DNA of 64,000 nt, taken from positions 96,349 through 160,348 of the forward strand of contig JALWTD010000013.1 in assembly GCA_027082925.1 (NCBI GenBank), given 5' to 3'. Below the pieces are notes generated by a model that did not search any database, was not told the origin of the DNA, and saw only the letters and a list, made by a program, of their open reading frames with translations. The number at the start of each line of letters is the position of its first letter. The first letter of the stretch is position 1. Of the stretch, positions 56,769-64,000 are shown piece by piece. Both the position numbers and the translations under genes were made by a program. This DNA comes from Flavobacteriaceae bacterium. GTDB taxonomy: Bacteria; Bacteroidota; Bacteroidia; Flavobacteriales; Flavobacteriaceae.

Positions 56769-58045
56769 TATTTATCTTGTACCAGCTTATTATAAGCTTC
56801 AACTACGGCATTATGCGTAACCGTTTTATTTTCAAAATAGTTAATTAAAAACTGTTTTTCTTCTTCACTTGCTCCTAACTGCTTAATAATATTTGTCAGG
56901 TGCATTTTCATATGACCGTGTTGAATTCCTGTAGTTGTAAGCGCTCTTAAAGCAGCAAAATTTTGTGCTAATCCGGCTACTGCAATTACTTGCATTAATT
57001 CTTTTGCTGAAGGATTTCCCAATAATCCTAATGAGAATTTTGACAATGGATGTAAAGATGTTAAGCCTCCTACCGTACCTAAAGCCAAGGGTATTTCTAT
57101 CCAAAATTTAAATACGCCATTTTCAACAGTTGCGTTAGTTAAACTCTTGTAAACTCCACTTTTTGATGCGTATGCATGTACTCCAGCTTCTACAGCTCTA
57201 AAATCATTTCCTGTTGCTAAAACCACCGCATCTACTCCATTCATAATACCCTTATTATGCGTTACCGCTCTATGGGGTTCTGCATTGGCAATTTGAACCG
57301 CTTGTACAAATTTTTGAGTATATTTTTCGGCATCTTCTGCATACAAATTATTTACATTGCAACTTACCTCTGCTCTAACTAAACACTCCGGCACATAGTT
57401 AGACAAAATACTCATTACCACTTGAATATCGTCTTTTTTAAACTCGTTTGCAATAGCTTCTAAACAGGTATTTATAAAATTCGCACCCATACTATCAACC
57501 GTTTCAAAAGTTACATGTAGTTGGTAGTAATTTTCCAATTCCGAAGTTTTGTCACGCAATTCAATATTTAAAATACCACCACCTCTTTTGCGCATATTTT
57601 TGGTAATTTCAGAAGTAGTTTCGAACAAATGTTGTTTTTTTGATTCGAAATAACGTTGCAACGCCTCGTAATCTCCCTGATACATAAAATGTACCTGCCC
57701 TATTTTGGTTGTAGAAATCACCGCTGCTTTAAAACCGCCTCTTGTACTCCAAAATTTAGCAACCAACGATGCTGCAGCTACTACCGAGCTTTCTTCAATT
57801 ACCATTGGCACAGCATAGTCTTTACCATTTATTTTAAAGTTAGGCGCAATGGCATACGGCAGGTAAAAATTTGAAACCGTATTTTCAATAAAATCATCAT
57901 GCAGGTCTTGTAAATACTTATTTGTATTCCAGTATTGCTTTAAAACCTCTTTTGCTTTTTCACTATCATCAAAAAATGATTTTGCAATCCAATCAATTTT
58001 CTCTTCTTTTGAAAATTTTGAGAATCCACTTACTGTTTTTGACAT
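56768..58045 (-). CDS. mvaA: Class II HMG-CoA reductase
   Basis: FIEN, PMVIEESSVVAA, DSMGAN, HNKGIMNG, GIQHGHMKMH. ATG 58045 is preferred; TACATTTG box at 58076-58069. Confidence 0.95.
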   Translation of the reverse strand: MSKTVSGFSKFSKEEKIDWIAKSFFDDSEKAKEVLKQYWNTNKYLQDLHDDFIENTVSNFYLPYAIAPNFKINGKDYAVPMVIEESSVVAAASLVAKFWSTRGGFKAAVISTTKIGQVHFMYQGDYEALQRYFESKKQHLFETTSEITKNMRKRGGGILNIELRDKTSELENYYQLHVTFETVDSMGANFINTCLEAIANEFKKDDIQVVMSILSNYVPECLVRAEVSCNVNNLYAEDAEKYTQKFVQAVQIANAEPHRAVTHNKGIMNGVDAVVLATGNDFRAVEAGVHAYASKSGVYKSLTNATVENGVFKFWIEIPLALGTVGGLTSLHPLSKFSLGLLGNPSAKELMQVIAVAGLAQNFAALRALTTTGIQHGHMKMHLTNIIKQLGASEEEKQFLINYFENKTVTHNAVVEAYNKLVQDK

Positions 58046-58194
58046 TCGTTTCTGTATTATATAATTCACAAATGTAATTTTTTCCATTTAACCATACACA
58101 ACTTCAATAGTATTTTGTTAAATTATGATTTAATACAGCTCCAAATTGAAGAATTTTTCTTAAACTTGGCATCATTTAACAAAAATATCTTTGC

Positions 58195-60357
58195 ATGAAG
58201 AATTTCTTATTATTCCTTACCTTTTGTATCCCCTTATCAATCACAGCTCAAAAAAAAGACATTACGTTAGAAGACATTTGGTCTAAAGGTACTTTTAGAA
58301 CCGAATACTTAAATGCTTTAAATTCTATGGAGGGTGATTTTTACACCCTTTTAAATTACAATGAAGATAGCAGTTCTAGTGTTGATATGTATAGCTACGA
58401 AACACTTGAAAAAGTAAAAACCATTGTGAGTACTAAGAATATTCCTGAGATTAAATACATTAGTACCTATAGTTTTAACAGTGATGAAACAAAACTACTT
58501 TTAAGTACAAACTACCAAGCTATTTACAGATATTCATACACCGCCACATTTTACATTTATGACATTGCTTCAAAAAGTGTCACTTGGCTGGGAGACAACC
58601 TACAAGAACCTACATTTTCTCCTGATGGAAAAAAGATTGCATATGTAAAAAACAATAACCTTTTTGTAAAAGAAATAAGTACAAATACAGTTTCTCAAAT
58701 TACTATTGATGGAGAAAAAAATAAAATAATTAACGGTATTACCGATTGGGTTTATGAAGAAGAATTTGGCTTTGTTAAAGCATTTCAATGGAGTAACGAT
58801 AGTGAAAAAATTGCATATTTGAGATTTGACGAAAGCAATGTTCCTGAATTCTCTATGGATATTTACGGAATGGATTTATATCCGAAACAGCAAGTATTTA
58901 AATACCCTAAAGCCGGAGAAGATAATTCTAAAGTTAGCGTGTTTATTTTTGATTTACCAGCATATAAATCAACGAAAATAAATGTTGGTAATTATGAATA
59001 TATACCTCGTATTAAATGGACAAATAATGCAAATTTATTAGCTGTTACAACATTAAATCGCCATCAAAACGATTTAAAATTGTTTTTTGTAAATGCCACC
59101 ACAAAAGAAACTAAAGTGGTTTTAAATGAAACCGACAATGCGTATATAGACATTACCGACAATTTAACCTTTTTAGACAACAACAGTTTTATTTGGACTA
59201 GCGAAAAAGATGGACACAATCACATTTATCACTACAGCGAAAACGGAAAACTCATTCAGCAAGTTACCAAAGGAAATTGGGAGGTAACCAACTACTACGG
59301 ATACAATAAAAGTAAAAACACCATTTACTACCAATCTTCAGAAAACGGTTCTATAAACAGAGGTGTGTACAGTATTAAACTCAATGGTAAAAAGAAAAAA
59401 TTACTAAGTAACAGTACCGGTACAAACAGAGCTGCCTTCAGCAAAAATATGCGTTACTTTATAAATACTTTTTCCGATGCAAATACACCTCCGGTGTACA
59501 CCTTATACAATGCCGACGGAAAACTTATAAAAACTATTATAGACAATGCCGGTCTTAAAGAAAAAATAAGTAGCTACAACCTAAGTCCAAAAGAATTTTC
59601 TACAATTAACATTAATGGAAATGAACTAAATATGTGGATGCTTAAACCTGCAAATTTTGATACTACAAAAAAATATCCGCTATTTATGTATCAATACTCA
59701 GGACCAGGGTCACAAGAAGTAGCAAATAGATGGAACAGATCAAATGATTATTGGCATCAAATGCTTGCCCAAAAAGGAATTATTGTAGTGTGTATTGACG
59801 GACGTGGTACTGGATTAAAGGGTGCTGCTTTTAAAAAAATCACTCAAAAACAATTGGGAAAATACGAAGTTGAAGACCAGATAACTGCAGCTAAAAAACT
59901 AAGTGAACTACCATATATAGACGAACATAAAATTGGTATTTGGGGATGGAGTTATGGCGGCTTTATGAGTAGTAATTGTATTTTAAAAGGAAACGATATT
60001 TTTACAATGGCTATTGCCGTTGCACCGGTAACAAGTTGGCGTTTTTACGATTCTATTTACACCGAACGATACATGCAAACACCTCAAGAAAATGCTAGCG
60101 GATACGATATGAACTCTCCGTTAACACACGCTCGTAAACTAAAAGGAAAATACTTGTTAATACACGGCACCGGAGATGACAATGTTCATGTTCAAAATAC
60201 TATGCGAATGATAAATGCATTAATTAGCGCAAACAAACAATTTGATGTTGAAATTTATCCAGACAGAACGCACAGCATATACAGCACTAGAAACGACAGA
60301 CTTCATCTGTACAAAAAAATGACTACTTTTATCGAACAAAATTTACAAAACAACTAA
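58195..60357 (+). CDS. dpp4: Dipeptidyl peptidase IV (S9B family)
   Basis: Signal peptide, DWVYEEE, YPKAG, nucleophile GWSYGG, HGTGDDNVH, YPDRTH. Confidence 0.93.
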   Translation: MKNFLLFLTFCIPLSITAQKKDITLEDIWSKGTFRTEYLNALNSMEGDFYTLLNYNEDSSSSVDMYSYETLEKVKTIVSTKNIPEIKYISTYSFNSDETKLLLSTNYQAIYRYSYTATFYIYDIASKSVTWLGDNLQEPTFSPDGKKIAYVKNNNLFVKEISTNTVSQITIDGEKNKIINGITDWVYEEEFGFVKAFQWSNDSEKIAYLRFDESNVPEFSMDIYGMDLYPKQQVFKYPKAGEDNSKVSVFIFDLPAYKSTKINVGNYEYIPRIKWTNNANLLAVTTLNRHQNDLKLFFVNATTKETKVVLNETDNAYIDITDNLTFLDNNSFIWTSEKDGHNHIYHYSENGKLIQQVTKGNWEVTNYYGYNKSKNTIYYQSSENGSINRGVYSIKLNGKKKKLLSNSTGTNRAAFSKNMRYFINTFSDANTPPVYTLYNADGKLIKTIIDNAGLKEKISSYNLSPKEFSTININGNELNMWMLKPANFDTTKKYPLFMYQYSGPGSQEVANRWNRSNDYWHQMLAQKGIIVVCIDGRGTGLKGAAFKKITQKQLGKYEVEDQITAAKKLSELPYIDEHKIGIWGWSYGGFMSSNCILKGNDIFTMAIAVAPVTSWRFYDSIYTERYMQTPQENASGYDMNSPLTHARKLKGKYLLIHGTGDDNVHVQNTMRMINALISANKQFDVEIYPDRTHSIYSTRNDRLHLYKKMTTFIEQNLQNN

Positions 60358-60367
60358 TATTTAATAT

Positions 60368-61723
60368 ATGACAAATACAGCCACACAACCACATCAAAGA
60401 GAGCTTTTTGGACATCCAATAGGCTTATATGTATTATTTTTTACTGAAATGTGGGAACGATTTTCGTATTATGGAATGCGAGCAATTTTAGTATTATACC
60501 TTGTAGCAAAAACCTCAGATAGCAATGCCGGACTAGGATGGACAAACGGTGAAGCTCTTGCGCTTTACGGTTGGTATACCATGCTTGTTTATGTGGCATC
60601 TATTCCCGGAGGTTGGCTTGCCGATAAATTTTTCGGGCAAAAAAAATCGGTACTCTACGGAGGTATCCTTTTAGTTGCCGGGCATAGTATTTTAGCTATT
60701 GAAGAAATGTGGGCATTTTACACCGGTTTAGGTCTAATTATTGCCGGAGTTGGGTTGTTAAAACCAAATATTTCAACTATGGTTGGTGGCTTATACCAAC
60801 AAGGAGATATACGACGAGATAAAGGATTTACTATTTTTTATATAGGTATAAATGTAGGTGCATTCTTATCTAGTTTAATTGTAGGGTATGTTGGAGAAGT
60901 TCACGGATGGCATTACGGTTTTGGTCTTGCAGGTATTGGAATGGCATTAGGGCTCATTCAATACATTCTTGGTCAAAAATATTTAGAAAATGTAGGAAAT
61001 TACTTAGGCGCTTCTGAAAATAAAGAAGAAAAAGAATTGATGAATAAACCTCTAACTAAAGTTGAAAAAGACCGAATTATTGTTTTATTCATTTCTTTTT
61101 TACTTGTTATTGTATTTTGGGGAGCTTTTGAACAAGCAGGAGGCTTAATGAATATCTATGCTAAAGAAAAAACAAACAGATTGTTAATGGGGTGGGAAGT
61201 TCCTGCATCATGGTTTCAATCTTTAAACGCTATGTTTATCATTTTCCTTGGAACTTCTGTGGCTGCTTACTGGGCAAATAGAAAGTTAAAAGGGAAAGTT
61301 TCTACTTCACTGTTTAAAATGATTGTAGGACTTATTATTATGGGGACTGGCTTTTTCTTTATGACAGCAGCAGCTAGTCAATATGAAAGTACAGGTGCTT
61401 CTGCTATGTATTGGCTTGTATTAGCTTACTTGTTTCATACCGTTGGAGAACTCTGTATATCTCCGGTAGCACTTTCATACATTACAAAACTTGCTCCGGT
61501 AAAATATGCTTCACTAATGATGGGTGTCTATTTCGCCATGACAGGATTTGGAAATAAACTTGCAGGGCTATTGGGTGAATCTGCTGAAAGCCTTGGAGAA
61601 TACACCATATTTACAGGTATTGCTGTTTTTTGTGTAGCTTTTGGATTTTTGGTAATGCTTTTTAGAAAAAAACTTGAAATACTTACTCACGGAGCCGAAG
61701 ACAACGAAAGAGAAATGCATTAA
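60368..61723 (+). CDS. POT/PTR proton-dependent oligopeptide transporter 1
   Basis: EMWERFSYYGMR (ExxERxxYY), KPNISTMVG, FYIGINVG, ELCISPVALS. Confidence 0.93.
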   Translation: MTNTATQPHQRELFGHPIGLYVLFFTEMWERFSYYGMRAILVLYLVAKTSDSNAGLGWTNGEALALYGWYTMLVYVASIPGGWLADKFFGQKKSVLYGGILLVAGHSILAIEEMWAFYTGLGLIIAGVGLLKPNISTMVGGLYQQGDIRRDKGFTIFYIGINVGAFLSSLIVGYVGEVHGWHYGFGLAGIGMALGLIQYILGQKYLENVGNYLGASENKEEKELMNKPLTKVEKDRIIVLFISFLLVIVFWGAFEQAGGLMNIYAKEKTNRLLMGWEVPASWFQSLNAMFIIFLGTSVAAYWANRKLKGKVSTSLFKMIVGLIIMGTGFFFMTAAASQYESTGASAMYWLVLAYLFHTVGELCISPVALSYITKLAPVKYASLMMGVYFAMTGFGNKLAGLLGESAESLGEYTIFTGIAVFCVAFGFLVMLFRKKLEILTHGAEDNEREMH

Positions 61724-61756
61724 TCACAACTTTTTAACTATATAGAAAATTATTTT

Positions 61757-63556
61757 ATGAGTACAACAACTTCAGACGATTTTTTTAAATCAAACGTATT
61801 AGGGCATCCGGCAGGACTATTTGTACTGTTTTTTACTGAAATGTGGGAGCGTTTTAGTTACTACGGAATGCGCGTATTATTAGTTTTATTTTTAACTTCT
61901 GCTATAACAGGGTTCAATCCCGGATGGGCTTGGGACCGAAAAGCTGCCTTGGCACTTTACGGAACATATACCGCCTTGGTGTACATTACTCCTATTATTG
62001 GTGGATGGTTAGCCGATAACAAAATAGGGTATCGTATGGCTGTTGTGTACGGAGCTGTAGTAATGACTCTTGGACATTTATTTATGGCGTTTGAAACCGA
62101 AACTTTTTTATACTTAGGTATTTTTTGCCTTATTATTGGTAACGGACTCTTTAAACCGAATATGACTTCTATTATTTCTCATATGTATAAAAATCATCCT
62201 GAAAAAAAAGACGGTGCTTTTACGCTGTTTTATATGGGGGTTAACGCCGGTGCCTTTTTAGGTATTTTGCTTTGTGGTACGCTAGGAGAAAAATATGGTT
62301 GGTCTTGGGGATTTGGACTTGCAGGAATTTTTATGTTTTTAGGAATGCTTCAATTTTACTTTGCACAACCTTTGTTTGGAGCTATTGGAGATAAACCTAA
62401 ACAAGAATTTGAAGTTGGAGAAGAAGATCCTACTAAATTATTAGAAGAAGGAGAAACAAAACTAAATCACTTTACCTTTGTTGATAGAATTTTAATGTAC
62501 CTAAGTGGTGCTTTGGGAGTACTTTACGTTATTAACGACCCATTATACGAGATTTCTAAAATGAAAGGAATGACACCTATTAACCTGTTCCCTTTCTCGG
62601 TAAACATTCCTTTTGTGGGCGAATTAACCGGTCAAAATTTTGCCGTTATAATTGCCTTAATCGCATTTTTATACCTTATAACTACTCGAATCTCCAGATA
62701 TTCTAAAGTGGTAAGAGACCGAATGATTGCAGTGGGCATTTTTGCCTTTTTTACAGTATTCTTTTGGGCTTCTTTTGAACAAGCCGGAGGGTCTATGAAT
62801 ATTTTTGCAAAAGACTATACCAACAGAATTTTAGCAGGAAATTTTGCACTCATTTTTAAAATTGTAAATACGTTAATATACATTGTTCCATTAGCCATTA
62901 TATCTTGGGTACTTGCAAAACTATTTACCAATTCTTTCAAAATAATACCACTGTCAAATGTTATTTTAGCTTCTAGTTTTGTTATTATTTGGGGAATTGT
63001 ACTTTGGTTACTTTACAAAGAATTTATTCAGGATAAAACTGAAATTCCGGCCACTTGGTTTAACATACTAAACTCGTTATTTATCATTTCGTTTGCACCG
63101 CTATTTTCTAAATGGTGGGAGAGTAAATACAATCCTAGTGCTGCTGTAAAATACGGTCTCGGATTGATACTATTAGGTATCGGATTCGGATTTTTAGCTT
63201 TTGGTGCAAAAGGAATCCCTCAAGGAGCAATGACTGCTGCCGTTAGTATTATGTGGTTGGTTTTTGCATACTTGTTCCATACGTTAGGCGAATTGTGTTT
63301 ATCTCCTGTAGGACTTTCATACGTTAGTAAACTTGTTCCTGGAAGAATGATTGCTCTTATGTTTGGTGTTTGGTATATTGCCATTGCTATTGGAAACAAA
63401 TTAGCCGGGAAAATGGGAGGAATGATTGACGAAATAACAACTAAATACTCTATGTCTCAATTCTTTTTAATATTCACATTAATTCCTATAGGTGTTGGAT
63501 TATTGGCAATGTTGCTAAATCCACTACTTAAAAAGTTAATGCACGGTGTGAGATAA
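61757..63556 (+). CDS. POT/PTR proton-dependent oligopeptide transporter 2 (with extra TM insertions)
   Basis: EMWERFSYYGMR, FKPNMTS, FYMGVNAG, ELCLSPVGLS; 599 aa. Confidence 0.92.
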   Translation: MSTTTSDDFFKSNVLGHPAGLFVLFFTEMWERFSYYGMRVLLVLFLTSAITGFNPGWAWDRKAALALYGTYTALVYITPIIGGWLADNKIGYRMAVVYGAVVMTLGHLFMAFETETFLYLGIFCLIIGNGLFKPNMTSIISHMYKNHPEKKDGAFTLFYMGVNAGAFLGILLCGTLGEKYGWSWGFGLAGIFMFLGMLQFYFAQPLFGAIGDKPKQEFEVGEEDPTKLLEEGETKLNHFTFVDRILMYLSGALGVLYVINDPLYEISKMKGMTPINLFPFSVNIPFVGELTGQNFAVIIALIAFLYLITTRISRYSKVVRDRMIAVGIFAFFTVFFWASFEQAGGSMNIFAKDYTNRILAGNFALIFKIVNTLIYIVPLAIISWVLAKLFTNSFKIIPLSNVILASSFVIIWGIVLWLLYKEFIQDKTEIPATWFNILNSLFIISFAPLFSKWWESKYNPSAAVKYGLGLILLGIGFGFLAFGAKGIPQGAMTAAVSIMWLVFAYLFHTLGELCLSPVGLSYVSKLVPGRMIALMFGVWYIAIAIGNKLAGKMGGMIDEITTKYSMSQFFLIFTLIPIGVGLLAMLLNPLLKKLMHGVR

Positions 63557-63580
63557 CTAAATATGTGTTAAATACATAAA

Positions 63581-63609
63581 CAAAGTCTCGTTATTTAAAC
63601 GAGACTTTG
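63581..63609 (+). terminator. Hairpin after the POT pair
   Basis: CAAAGTCTCGTT-ATTTA-AACGAGACTTTG, a 12-bp perfect stem; the T tract is weak. Confidence 0.65.
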
Positions 63610-63672
63610 TAATTTTAACCACAACCTAACGTCAAAGTTAGAAATTAAAAGTTTTTAAAATCATTCCAAAAT

Positions 63673-64000
63673 ATGAAAAAAGTAATATTCTTAATGTTCT
63701 TCTTTGTTAGCTTATTAACAAAAGCTCAAGAAATTAAATGGATGTCTTTTGAAGAAGCCATTGCTGCCCAAAAAAAAGCACCTAAAAAAATATTGATAGA
63801 TGCTTATACAAACTGGTGCGGGTTTTGTAAAATGTACGATAAAAATACCTTTAGCAAAAAAGAAGTTGCCAACTATATAAATAAAAATTTCTATGCTGTA
63901 AAATTTAATGCAGAAGGAAATGATGTGATTCATTTTAAGGGCAAAACCTTTTCCAATCCGTATTTTGACCCTAACCGAACTCGTGCTAGAAACAGTGCAC
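63673..64000 (+). CDS. Exported thioredoxin-fold protein (DUF255-like), 3'-truncated by the window edge
   Basis: Hand translation MKKVIFLMFFFVSLLTKAQEIKWMSFEEAIAAQKKAPKKILIDAYTNWCGFCKMYDKNTFS...KFNAEG shows a signal peptide and WCGFC. Absent from the ORF track because there is no stop in the window. Confidence 0.85.
   Translation, partial: MKKVIFLMFFFVSLLTKAQEIKWMSFEEAIAAQKKAPKKILIDAYTNWCGFCKMYDKNTFSKKEVANYINKNFYAVKFNAEGNDVIHFKGKTFSNPYFDPNRTRARNSA

Noticed and set aside
4310-63933. About 35 short opposite-strand or alternate-frame ORFs in the track (e.g. 8079-8501, 11053-11430, 23347-23625, 24660-25022, 38242-38526, 39045-39356, 54884-55216, 63715-63933)
   Set aside because: They lie within well-supported genes, mostly antisense, and have no motifs. 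They are shadows of codon bias; 38242-38526 is just the reverse of the Q/N repeat in rho.
1-64000. CRISPR array, IS element, prophage, rRNA, defence island
   Set aside because: I saw no regularly spaced repeats, transposase, integrase or phage motifs, rRNA sequence or obvious compositional break.

Overview
An AT-rich core-genome segment of a Bacteroidota bacterium, most likely Flavobacteriaceae (Polaribacter/Tenacibaculum/Lutibacter-like). Evidence for this is TAnnTTTG -7 promoter boxes before many transcription units, A-rich start regions without Shine-Dalgarno sites, and family-typical gene order. It holds about 55 CDS: an exported TPR/beta-barrel/hydrolase cluster, the complete trpEGDCFBA operon, trxB, an uncharacterised FAD-oxidoreductase + ThDP-enzyme pair, udk/ftsB/methylmalonyl-CoA mutase, folP/dacA, truA, two two-component systems, rho, an envelope operon (coaX, OM barrel, TPR, lptC, CNNM, ppiD), mevalonate genes, DPP4 and two POT transporters. 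There are also 3 tRNAs (Pro-TGG, Thr-TGT, Phe-GAA). I saw no integrase, transposase, prophage or CRISPR array. The best signals missing from the ORF track are non-coding: (i) an unannotated Trp-Trp-Trp leader peptide with attenuator before trpE, (ii) a Flavo-1-like structured element between trpE and trpG, and (iii) a uORF/terminator/antiterminator leader in front of a drug-efflux-type MFS gene. The best protein-level leads are the orphan ThDP/FAD enzyme pair, a tandem DUF1599 protein beside folP, a Q/N-rich low-complexity insertion in Rho, and a minimal partnerless MotA/ExbB protein next to a LytS/LytTR pair. All assignments come from motif reading and recall, not database searches.
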